The notes under the pieces were generated by a model. It searched no databases. It was not told the DNA's origin and saw nothing but the letters and a program-made list of their open reading frames with translations. Both the position numbers and the translations under genes were made by a program. From positions 29,946,001 to 30,010,000 of the forward strand of contig NC_043012.1 in NCBI RefSeq assembly GCF_006345805.1: a DNA stretch of 64,000 nt, read 5' to 3'. Each line of letters begins with the position of its first letter. The stretch's first letter is position 1. Below are positions 1 through 11,625 of the stretch, piece by piece. Origin of the DNA: Octopus sinensis. Lineage: Eukaryota.

Positions 1-3000
1 TTGATCGATTTCGATTCTGATCCTCACTTGCCTCAACAAGTAGAGTTTTGTGTCCCAAGAAGGGAAGGTATGCATACGTAGGCTGGCTCCATCCCATGTA
101 GAAGGCCACGGGTTATGGACTCACTTGTCCTGCCGGGTCTTCTCGCGCACAGCACACTTCCAGAGGTCACGGTCTCTAGTCATTTCCTCAGTGAGACCTA
201 AAGTTCGAAGGTCGTGCTTCACCACCTCGTCCCAGGTTTTCCTGGGTCTGCCTCTTCCACAGGTTTCCTCAACCGCTAGGGTGTGGCACTTTTTCACACA
301 ACTATCTTCATCCATTCTCGCCACATGACCATACCAGCGCAAACGTCTCTCTTGCACACCACAACTGATGCTTCTTAGGTTCAGCTTTTCTCTCAAGGTA
401 CTTACACTCTGCCGAGTATGAGTACTGACATTACACATCCATCGGAGCATACTGGCTTCATTTCTTGCGAGCTTACGCATATCCTCAGCAGTCACGGCCC
501 ATGTTTCACTGCCATGTAGCATGGCTGTTCGTACACACGCATCATACAGTCTGCCTTTCACTCTGTGCGAGAGGCCTTTTGTCACCAGCAGAGGTAAGAG
601 CTCTCTGAACTTTGCCCAAGCTATTCTTACTCTAGCAGTTACACTTTCAGCACACCCGCCCCCGCTGCAGAATTGGTCACCTAGGTAACAGAAACTATCA
701 ACTATTTCTAGTTTTTCTCCCTGGAAAGTGACGGAAGTTGGTCTCAGAGCATTTTCAGTGTTTATTGTTCCTGAGCATCTGCCACATACAAAAACCATCT
801 TCCTAGTTAGCCTTCCTTTGACATTGCTGCATCTCTTATGTGTCCATAGCTTACACTTGGTGCATCTTATAGAGTTTCTACCTACACCTTTTCTACAAAT
901 CGAGCAGGGCCATCTACCTGAAGGCGTTTGTGATTTGTCTACCTTCCTACTGATTACGACTTTGGTTTTAGCTAGATTGACTCTGAGGCCCTTCGATTCT
1001 AATCCTTGTTTCCACACCTGAAACTTCTCCTCCAGTTCTGATAGCGACTCAGCAATTAGAGCAAGGTCATCAGCATAGAGGAGCTCCCAAGGGCATCCTG
1101 TCTTGGATTCCTCCGTTATTGCCTGGAAGACTATGATAAATAGGAGGGGGCTGAGTACTGAGCCTTGGTGGACCCCTACCTCTACCCGGAATTCTTCACT
1201 GTACTCATTTCCAACCCTCACCCTACTAGCAGCGTCCCTATACATGACCCGCACAGCTCTCACTAACCATTCATCTATCCCTAGTTTCCTCATTGCCCAC
1301 CAGATAAGGGATCAGGGGACCCTGTCGAAGGCTTTCTCCATGTCAACAAAAGCCAGGTACAGGGGCTTATCTTTGGCTAGGTATTTCTCCTGCAGCTGCC
1401 TTACCAGGAATATAGCATCAGTAGTACTTTTCCCTGGCATAAACCCAAACTGCATCTCATCTAAACTAACTCTCTCTCTAATTAGTTGGGCTATGACCCT
1501 CTCCGTAACCTTCATCACCTGATCCAACAGCTTCATACCTCTGTAGTTATTTGTATCTAGGGCATCACCTTTACCTTTGTAGCAGTTGACTATTATGCTG
1601 CTACACCAGTCATTGGGTATGACTCCTTTGTGTATCACCTGATTAACTATACGGGTGACTAGGCTATAGCCAACACTACCAGACATTTTGAGCATCTCTG
1701 CAGTGATTCCTGATGGGCCTGGGGCTTTTCCTGTCTTCATGCTTCTAATTGCCTTAGCTACCACGGAACTATCAACTCGGATAGCTGGTCCCTCTGTTGG
1801 GTCAACATTTGGCAGACTCTCTCTATCCCATTCATTTTCTTTATTCAGCAACCTTTCATAGTGGCATCTCCAAACCTCTCTCTTTGCATCCTCATTTAGT
1901 GCAAGTGAACCATCTACCATGCGAACATACTTCTCTCCTACCACATCACGGTTCTCTCTCACACACTGTTATTCTAGGCCGAGAGGGGACTTTGCACCAG
2001 CCACAGATCTGGTCAGTGGCTCTCAGCAGGTTGTCCCTTAGAAACGTCCAGCTGTCTTCTACCCCCTGTGATGCTCTATCCCCTTCTACTTCGTCAGAGG
2101 CTTCAAGTAATATGTCCCTAAATCTCTGTCCATTTGCAGAATCTTTAAGCTTCCAGATCCTTCTTCTCCATGTTGGTCGTCTTCTGGTTGTCCTCCTAGT
2201 CCTGATCCTAAAGTCACTAACTACCAGTCTATGTTGTGGGGTACATTCTTCACCTGGGAAGGTTTTGGCATTTATAAGCAGCCATCTCTCCCTTTGCCTT
2301 GCAAGGATGTAGTCGATTTGGCTGGTATGTTGGCCCGATCGGTAAGTGACTAGGTGGCTGGTAGGTTTCCTGAAGTTAGTGTTGCAAATCATAAGATTAT
2401 TTGCATCGCAGAACTCCAGCAGCCTGGTTCCCTCCTCGTTGCGGGAGCCATAGCCATAGCCTCCATGTATGCCATGGAAGCCCCCAGCATGTCGTCCAAC
2501 GTGACCATTGAAGTCACCAGCCACAAAGATAAGGTCTCTGTCGTTCGTCAACGAGGTAGTCTGCAGTAGAGTGTCATAGAATCGGTCTTTCTGTCCATCG
2601 GGTAGCCCCGACTGAGGAGCATAGGCTGATATAATGGTTGCTAAACTATGATGAAGCACTAATCTAATCTTAAGTATTCTGTCACATACTCTGATTACCT
2701 CAATTACTTTATCTACCCATTTCTCAGCGATAAGTATACCCACGCCACCAACCCCGTCAGTGTTCCCTGCCCAGAAAATCTTGTACCTGCATTCCTTGCC
2801 TGTGAGGAACCTAGCTGATCCTCCTCTCCACCTTATTTCTTGCATGCAACATATATCCACACATCTCCGTTCAAGCATCTCGACTATCTCACCAGACCTA
2901 CCTTTCAGAGTGCCAACGTTGAGGGTGCCAACCCTGAGGGTGTGGGAGGCGTGGGCTCTAGAGACCCTGGGACAGTGGACAGTAGCTTCGTGTACCTGAA

Positions 3001-3638
3001 AAGAAAGCTCGCATTTGGCAGAATTCATGTGCAAGTAATGAAGTAGTAAAGTAGCCTTCAGTACAACCTGCATAACACTAGCCTTTCATATTTTGCACTG
3101 TATGAACATTACCTTACATAGGTCGAAACTAGGGGTAGGGAAGGGGTAGGGATGGTGAGAGCATTTGCAGTCTTCATGGGAAGCAACCCCAGAATGGCAA
3201 AGAATAGGAACTTCTGGCATGTGTGGTGGGGGTGGGAGGGCGGGTGCACCGTAACTGAGTAAAGAGGTTCTGTTAATCGTATGTGCTAGCAGATGGGTTT
3301 GTATGAACCGGGAGACAAGACTAAACGAAAAAAAATGTTTGAGCTAGACAGGGTAATGAGGGAATACTGAAAGAATGAGGAACAATACAATGAGATGGAA
3401 ATTGAAGAATAGTGAAAGAATAAAGATAAGTGCAAGATAGAAGGTAGTCGTAGCGAGGTTGGACGATTCACTTAACTTTAGCCATTCATGATCTGTGCGT
3501 ATTCTTCTTTAGATATTTTGAAGCGAGTGGGGTTAACGATAAATGCGATCGCTCTTTTATATATGGCGATGATGGTTATGGAAGGCGGGGGGCATAGAGA
3601 AACATAGGGAGAGAGATAGGGTTAGTTAGAGAGAGACT
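1..3638 (-). mobile_element. RTE-clade LINE copy 1 (subfamily a); near full-length, 3' UTR runs off the window edge; inactivated
   Basis: APE endonuclease 1946-3073 (GTLNVGT, CMQEIRW, SAYAP, GDFNGH, QIDYIL) and RT 121-1962 ([27 protein letters not shown]). About 206 nt are deleted near 1966-1970 relative to copy 2, and there is an in-frame CGA>TGA at 1312-1314. The 5' boundary is approximate. Confidence 0.93.
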
Positions 3639-6214
3639 GCTAGCACGGGTTGGACGGTTCGACCGGGGTCTGGGAAGCCAGGGGCTGCACCAGGCTCCAG
3701 TCTGATCTGGCAATGTTTCTACAGCTGGATGCCCTTCCTAACGCCAACCATTCCGCGAGTGTAGTGGGTGCTTTTTACGTGCCACCTGCACAGGTGCCAG
3801 GGGAGTCTGGCATCAGCCACGATCGGTTGGTGCTTTTAACGTGCCACCGGCATGGAAGCCAGCCAGGGCGGTGCTGGCATCGGCCACATTCGGATGGTGC
3901 TTTTTATGTGCCACCGGCACAGAAGCCAGTCGAGGAGGCGCTGGCATCGGCCACGTTCGGATGGTGCTTTTTATGTGCCACCAGCACAGGTATCACACCT
4001 ACTATTTCCATTGATATTTATTTCGATGTTCATGTACTTGATTCAACAGGTCTCCTCAAGCATAGCAGGATGTTCTGGAATCCAAGGTACTTTGAATGGG
4101 CAGGGGCTATGCGGAACTGGTGCAGGGAGCAGCCCGGGTCTTTGCAGTCACAGCATATCTCCAGAGATCTTGGTCCTTCGCCATTGCCTCAGTGAGGCCC
4201 AATGCTCTGAGGTCATGCTTGACTACCTCATCCCATGTCTTCCTGGGTCTACCTCTCCCCCTGATACCTTCAACTGTTTGGGAGTGGCACTTCTTCACAC
4301 ATCTCTCCTCATCCATCTGCAGTACATGACCATACCATCGCAAGCGTCGCTCTTGCACATCATATCTGATGCTTCTTATATCCAGCATTTCTCTCAAGGT
4401 GCTTACCTTCTGTCGTGCGCGCACACTGACATTACACATCCAGCGGATCATGCTAGCTTCATTCCTTTCAAGTCTACGTATGTCCTCTGCAGTCACAGCC
4501 CATGTTTCACTACCGTGAAGCATGGCAGTTCGCACACATGTGTCATATAATCTACCTTTCACTTTGAGCGAGAGACCCTTTGTCGCCAGTAGGGGTAGGA
4601 GCTTTCTGAACTTTGCACAGGCTATTCGTATTCTAGTGGTAACACTCTCTGAGCATCCACCTCCACTACTAACCTGGTCACCCAGGTAGCGGAAACTATC
4701 AACTACTTCTAGTTTCTCCCCCTGGAGTGTGATGGAATCTGTTTTCTGAGTATCTGTGGTGTCTATTGTTTCTGTGCATCTGCCACACATGAAAGCTATC
4801 TTATCAGTTAATTTCCCTTTGATGTTGCTGCACCTCTTGTGCATCCATAGCTTACATTGGGTGCATCTTATGGAGTTTCTACCTACACCTTTCCTACAGA
4901 TCGAGCAGAGCCACCTGCCCGAGGGAGTGTGTGCTAAGTTCGCCTTTCTGCTTACTATAACTTTGGTCTTTGCTACATTTACTCTAAGGCCCTTTGATTC
5001 TAACCCTTGCTTCAACACCCGAAATTTCTTTTCTAGTTCCGGTAGTGATTCTGCTATGAGAGCCAGGTCATCAGCATAGAGGAGCTCCCAGGGGCAACCT
5101 GTTTTGAATTCCTCTGTTATTGCCTGGAGGACTATGATGAATAAAAGGGGACTGAGGGCTGAGCCTTGGTGTACATCTACTTCTAACCGGAATTCTTCAC
5201 TATATTCGTTGCCAATCCTAACCTTGCTGACAGCTTCTCTGTATAGGGCCTGTACAGCCCTTATTAGCCATTCGTCAATCTCCAGTTTCCGCATCGACCA
5301 CCAGATAAGGGATCGGGAGACCCTGTCAAAGGTTTTCTCCAAGTCCACAAAAGCTATGTAGAGGGGTTTATCTTTAGCTAGGTACTTCTCCTGCAGTTGT
5401 CGGACCAGGAATATAGCATCAGTGGTGCTTCTACCCGACACAAAACTGAACTGCATCTCATCTAAGCAAATTCTCTCCCTAATGAGATGGGTTATGACCC
5501 TCTCTGTGACCTTCATCACCTGATCTAACAGTTTAATACCCCTGTAGTTATTTCTATCTAGAGCATCACCCTTACCCTTGTAGCAGTTGACTATGGTGCT
5601 GCTACACCAGCCATTGGGTATGACTCCATTATGAACTATCTGGTTTACAATGTGGGTGACTAGGCCATAGCCCACATAACCAGCTGTTTTAAGCATCTCA
5701 GCAGTAATTCCTGATGGGCCGGGGGCTTTACCTGGTTTCATACCCTTAATTGCCTTAACTACAAGGGAGCTGTCTATTCGGATAGCTGGTCCCTCTACTG
5801 GGTCAACATTTGGCAGGCTCTCCTTCTCCCATTCATTCTCCACATTCAGCAGTCTTTCATAATGGCTTCTCCAAGCCTCTTTCTTTTCACCAACATTAAA
5901 AGCAAGTGCCCCATCATCCATGCGGACACATTTCTCTCCTGTAACATCACTATTTTCTCTCACACACTGTCTGGCAATCCGAAATACCTCAGTTCTTTGG
6001 TCCTCACGTCGCTGGACATTGGCAAACTTCTTCTTTTCTGCTACATTTTTGGCTATGTATACCTGCCGCCCAGCCTCCCTTTTGGCTACCTGGTACAGTT
6101 CCCTGCTACCCCCATCCCTCCAGGCTTGTTTCTTTGCACTAATGGCTTTGTCTACTGCATTATTCCACCACCATGTGACTCTAGGTCTGGAAGGGACTTC
6201 GCACCATCCACAGA
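3639..6214 (-). mobile_element. RTE-clade LINE copy 2 (subfamily b), 5'-truncated, with an uninterrupted 618-aa RT ORF (4107-5963)
   Basis: RT motifs DLEKTFDRV, DVHQGSALSP, YADD, FRYLG. The 3' UTR has 67-bp repeats and a GGCGTTAGGAAGGGCATCCAGC tail. Confidence 0.94.
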
Positions 6215-6441
6215 CTATAGTACATTATAAATATATATATATACATATATAGTACATTATATATACATATATAGTACATTATATATACATATATATATAT
6301 ATATAGTACATTATATATACATATATATATATAGTACATTATATATACATATATAAATATATAGTACATTATATATACATATATAAATATATAGTACATT
6401 ATATATATATATATATATATATATAGTACATTATTATATAT
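6215..6441. repeat. AT-rich minisatellite (ATAGTACATTATATATACATATAT... units)
   Basis: AGTACATTA recurs about 7 times within (TA)n. Confidence 0.9.
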
Positions 6442-7423
6442 CATCATCATCGTTTAACGTCCGTTTTCCGCGCTAGCACAGGTTGGACGGTTCGACCGGG
6501 GTCTGCTCCAGGCTCCAGTCTGATCTGGCAGAGTTTCTACGGCTGGATGCCCTTCTAACGCCAACCACTCCGCGAGTGTAGTGGGTGCTTTTTACGTGCC
6601 ACCTGCACCGGTGCCAGGGGGGGTCCGGCATCGGTCACAATCGGTTGAAGCTTTTAACGTGCCAGCCAAGGCGGTGCTGGCAACGTTCGGATGGTCTTTT
6701 TATGTGCCACCGGCACAGAAGCCAGTCGGGGCGGAGCTGGCATCGGCCACGTTCAGATGGTGCTTTTTATGTGCCACCAACACAGAAGCCAGTCGGGGCG
6801 GCGCTGGCATCGGCCACGTTCGGATAGTGCTTTTTATGTGTCACCGGCACACAGGAGCCAGTCGGGGCGGCGCTGGCATCGGCCCCATTCAGATGGTGCT
6901 TTTTATGTGCCACCGGCACAGAAGCCAGTCGGGGCGGCGCTGGCATCGGCCACGTTCGGATAGTGCTTTTTATGTGCCACCGGCACAGGCATCACAACTA
7001 CTATTTCCATTGATATTTATTTCGACGTTCATGTTCATGTACTTGACTCAACAGGTCTCCTCAAGCACAGCGGGACGTTCTGGGATCCGGGGTACTTTGA
7101 ATGGGCAGGGGCTATGCGGAACTGATGCAGGAAGCAGCCCGGGTCTTTGCAGTCACAGCATATCTCCAGAGATTTCGGTCCTTCGCCATTGCCTCAGTGA
7201 GGCCCAACGCTCTGAGGTGATGCTTGACTACCTCATCCCATGTCTTCCTGGGTCTACCTCTCCCCCTGATACCTTCAACTGTTTGGGAGTGGCACTTCTT
7301 CACACATCTCTCCTCATCCATCTGCAGCACATGACCATACCATCGCAAGCGTCTCTCTTGCACACCACATCTGATGCTTCTTATATCCAGCATTTCTCTC
7401 AGGGTGCTTACACTCTGTCGTGC
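6442..7423 (-). mobile_element. RTE-clade LINE copy 3 (subfamily b), short 5'-truncated copy with complete 3' end and (GAT)n tail
   Basis: The ORF end (LRWYGHV...RGRPRKTWDEVV...) is nearly identical to copy 2. A 21-bp TSD-like duplication ATATAGTACATTATTATATAT lies at 6421-6441 and 7437-7457. Confidence 0.92.
6596..6990. repeat. 67-bp tandem repeat (VNTR) in the RTE 3' UTR; about 6 units here, about 3 units at 3779-3990
   Basis: Unit GTGCCACCGGCACAGAAGCCAGTCGGGGCGGCGCTGGCATCGGCCACGTTCGGATGGTGCTTTTTAT; starts at 6596, 6659, 6704, 6771, 6838, 6907, 6974. Confidence 0.95.
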
Positions 7424-7489
7424 ATATATATACTGTATATAGTACATTATTATATATATATATATATAGTACATTATATATATATATAA

Positions 7490-8295
7490 ATCCTTAAAAA
7501 TGTTTTAGCCCGAAGGCCGCGGCCATGCTGGGGCACCACCACTGAATGAGCTACACTAATATGTGAATCCACCTCTGATACATGGCACTTGATCAACAAG
7601 GAAGTTTGATGCTGCTGCCTGCATCTGTGTCTCCTGTCGTGAGGTAGGTTCATCTGGGACCCCCGACAAGAAGATATCCAGTTTAGTTTTAAAGAAACCC
7701 ACATCCACACCATGTAAGTCTCTGAGGCATTTAGGGAGGATGTTAAAGAGCTGTGGTCCTCTGAAACCCAAGCTGTTGCAGTATCTGGACCTGTATTTTG
7801 ATGGTGATGTTGGAATTTTTGGCACCATGCAGTGGCGCCCCGTTCTGCGGTTGGGGTAACTTTGAATGCCAAAGTTTGGGACAAGACCCTCCGGGATTTT
7901 CCAGATGTATATCACCGCATATCTCTCCCGCCTCCGCTCTAGGGGGAAGAGGTTTAATACTTTCAGTCTTTCCCAGTAGCTGATATTTTGCATTGAGACG
8001 ATCTTCTTTGTGTAGCTTCTTTGAATTGCTTCGAGTTCTGCTGTTAGTTTTATATTGTGTGGTGACCATAGTTGGGAGCAGTAGTCCAAGCGGCTGAGGA
8101 CGAATGTTTTCCAAAGGACCATCAGTGTCTCATTCTCTCTTGTTTTGAAAGTTCGGAGAATCCATCCAGTTAGCCGTCTGCATTTTATCACCAGATTAGT
8201 AATATGCGCTTGGAAAGATGCATCATTGCTCATGTTAATGCCCAGGTCACGCACTGATTTTGACTCAGGGATTGCAATTCTTCCTGGGCCAATAT
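7490..8295 (-). mobile_element. CR1/L2-group LINE, 5'-truncated 3' fragment
   Basis: GPGRIAIPESKSVRDLG...[12 protein letters not shown]...LERRRERY is homologous to the ORF2 C-terminus of the element at 32-35 kb and shares its 3' UTR motif GGTGGTGCCCCAGCATGGCC. Confidence 0.9.
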
Positions 8296-9699
8296 ATGAC
8301 AATGAGAGAGAGAGATAGACAAGGCTGAAGTAAATAGAAATACACAAAATACATAAACACACATAGTATGGTTGCGTGTATACACACACACACTAGGAAT
8401 AAACAACCAAATTCCAAGTGACATGATCGAATATAGTGAAATATCATAAATTTATTACAGAAATGGCACAATGGCCTCAAATTTAGAAACAGAAGAAGAG
8501 GAGTCAATGAGATTTAGTGAGGTTCATCTATTTCCCTCTTTGTTCATGCACAAGCATATGTTTTTTTTCTTCTTTCTCCCCTTCTCAACGGAGGGACAAA
8601 GCATTTTATCAGCCATGGTATATTACTGGTACACATTTTTAATTTTCCTGTTTTTCTACCCATTTGATCAAAGTAGTTGACATCAGCTGGAATTAAACTC
8701 ATTTTCGAACCAGATCCAAGACATCAGACTCATGACAAACACAGTTTTCATCATATATATCTCTGATATATATATATATATATCTGATATATATATATAT
8801 ATAAAATTACATACACATACGTTTACATTTTAGTCGGACATGAGCACTATTTTTTTGGCCAACCTGCTGCCTTTCTAACATGCATATATATATTTAGTTT
8901 TAGTTTCATACAGTGCCACAGTTAACAAAAGATGGGAGTGGGGGAGTGTTGGCAACGTGAATGCCATTTTTCAAGAGCTATTAACAATCTTTATGATGCA
9001 GGGCCGTGACTTTAAAAAGGGACTGAAATCCTGTTATCTGAATTCTTGTGCATATGTGTGAGAATGGGTGGCAGCCATCTGCAGCGGCAGCAGTAGTAGT
9101 AGTAGTAGCTGTAGAAACTCTTTGGTTGTGTGACTAACACGTCAGATATTCTTTGTATAAAGTGTTTTCATAAAAATGCATAGAATCAATGAATAAGGAT
9201 TTGAGTGTGTGTGTGTGTATGTGCGCGCATGTGTACAACGGTTTAGCAGTTGCAAACACAGCCAATCCTTAGAGAACGCGTTACCAACAGATTGTGACAA
9301 TTTCATTGTGAAACACTGGCATTATTCAACAACTGATTAGAGACAGACACCAGGGGCTATGAATACAATAAATGAACAGGTTACAGAAAAGGGCTGCATC
9401 CCTAAATGCCAGTTGTCCCTCTCAAAATTAGTCTTCCTTCCATAGAAAAATTTAAACATAATACTGCAAGCTAACAAAATACTCTTCAGATAAACAGTTC
9501 TCCCACCAGCTACGCACATCAGTGTAAATAAGCTACTGTACATTGTCATGGTACCTATTTATACAGCTGGATAGACTGGGGCAGTTTTGAGAGGGGATGT
9601 GATTTGGTCAGACACAGCAACAACAAAGTGCTAGTGTTCTCTTAAGATATCCAAATCATACACATGCTTATGTGTGTGTGTGTGTATACACAAATTTAC

Positions 9700-9965
9700 A
9701 TATTCAATCAGCGGAACAGCCTGCTCGTGGAATTAATGTGGAAATGACCAGGCACTCCACAGACACATAGCTCTCAGAAAAATTCAGTATGACAGAATGT
9801 GACAAGGCTGGCCCCCATTGAATTACAAGTACAACTTATCGTTACCAGCTGAATGGACTGGAGTTAAGTGTTCTGCTTAAGACCAGGTCATGTCGCACGA
9901 CCAGAAATCGAACCATGACTATTTGATCATAAGCTGAATACCCAAACCACTAAACCAGGCATGTG
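9700..9965 (-). mobile_element. tRNA-derived SINE family B
   Basis: CTCGTGGAATTAATGTG...GTGACAAGGCTGGCCC...CCAGCTGA.TGGACTGG; homologues at 22065, 41680, 50882. Confidence 0.75.
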
Positions 9966-11625
9966 TAGCTTAGCAGTTAGTCTATTCAGTTCCTGATCAC
10001 AATACCCTGACTTCAATTCCTGGTGGCACAGTGTCTTTAAAATACATATACATGTATAATTAACTTTCTTTGTTCACCAAGTAACTTCTAGATTTGAGGC
10101 AACACAAGTTATGAATGCCAAAATCTATGCATTTATAACTTGTGTCACTTTGCATCTGGGAGTTGCTCGGTAAAGGAAGACAGCTAATTATGCAAAGGCA
10201 TATAAAGGATAGAAAATTGAGGGCGCTCCAACAGTACTTTCAAAGCAACCAGCCTGAGGAGGAAGGGCTGGGACACAGCTATTGCTGGATCATATTTTTA
10301 TTTATGTAATTATTTATAAAATAATGTAATTGTATGAGATTGAAAACTCAGCAACTTGCAACCTCTTTTTCTGGTCTCTGTGGCTGAGGAGAAAACCACT
10401 CTGAAATGCAAGCATTCGTTTCTCTGCTTGGGTAACGAGCTGACTTGGTGTCTCTCCACCACTCTCAGTCCACAGTGAGAAACCTCAGGGACGAAATACA
10501 GTGAATGGCTTCGTTGAGGGTTCAAATATGCCTCAAGCATATTTGAATGCATAACAAGTTTGGATTTATATGCATCACTGCTTAGTGTTGTCATCCCATA
10601 TTTCATTCACACACACACACACATATATATAGTGGTGGTTGTCTACTCCTTCTACAGAGTTTGACCACCTCCTGTACCTACACCTTAACACCATCATGGC
10701 ATCTGCTGTGGCTCTTTAAACCAGACAATGTTCTGAAAAGACACCCACATAGTTTGCATACACACACACACACATACACGTGCATGGGTATAATATAGAT
10801 GTATTATGCGAAATACATTTATAATCTATGTTGTGTATATATATATATATATATATATACATACATACATATATAATCATTATCATCAACCATCCGATTT
10901 CTTATGCTGACATGAATTGGATGATGTGATAAGAGCTGGCAAGCTTGGTTTGGTTTCTATGGCTGGATGCCCTTCTTAATGCCAACCACAGAGTGTACTG
11001 GATGCTTTTTACATGGCATCAGCACTGACGGGATTACCAGGTACTTTGCAAAAAGCTAAAAAAATAGATAGCCCTCCAGGGACTTAGGGGCAGGTGAGGA
11101 TGGATGAAGTGACAGAGAAGTTTGGACTGGGTAAGTAGGTAGGATAGAGGTGACATTAGAAAATAATGGAGAGAAACCAGGGAAAGGCTTAGGGGCAGAA
11201 GATATGCGAGGGCATTGGGGTAGACAGCAAATAAGCAAGGTGTGGGAAGATAATGGAAAACGGATGTGGTTTGGAGTGGGGGAGAAAGCTGGGGGTGTAG
11301 TAGGTGTCTATTCTGCTCCCAGGTGATAGAGGAGTGATGGGTGTTAGGGAATGAAATGTGTGTGTGTGTGTGGGAGGGGGAGTTGACAGGGCAGGGCCCC
11401 CTCATGGACAAGCAATAATGGAGATGGTTTTAGGATATCAATTCTGCTGTGGTAGGCGGGTCTCCTTGAATACAGCAAGGCACCAGATATCTCAGACCTT
11501 TGTAAGGCTCAGTCTTCAATACTTGGTCCCATGTCTTCCTCTTCCATCTACTTTGTGATCAGCACTTCTTTATGCCATTGTCCCCATCACAGTCTTCTCT
11601 CTCAATACATTAGGGCTCTGTCATA

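Noticed and set aside
3073-3640. HDV-like ribozyme expected in some RTE 5' UTRs
   Set aside because: I could not find the nested double-pseudoknot by eye; a descriptor search would be needed
6596-6990. Regularly spaced repeats resembling a CRISPR array
   Set aside because: Units are contiguous with no unique spacers, lie in a LINE 3' UTR, and there are no cas genes; eukaryotic context
6581-7489. 302-aa plus-strand ORF with internal repeats (and 3650-4550 equivalents)
   Set aside because: Antisense read-through of the GC-rich 67-bp VNTR and RTE ORF end; no independent domain or coding signal
8471-8521. Plus-strand MASNLETEEEESMRFSE, reminiscent of a PTPN9-like N-terminus
   Set aside because: Wrong strand and position for PTPN9, weak donor, and no partner exons found
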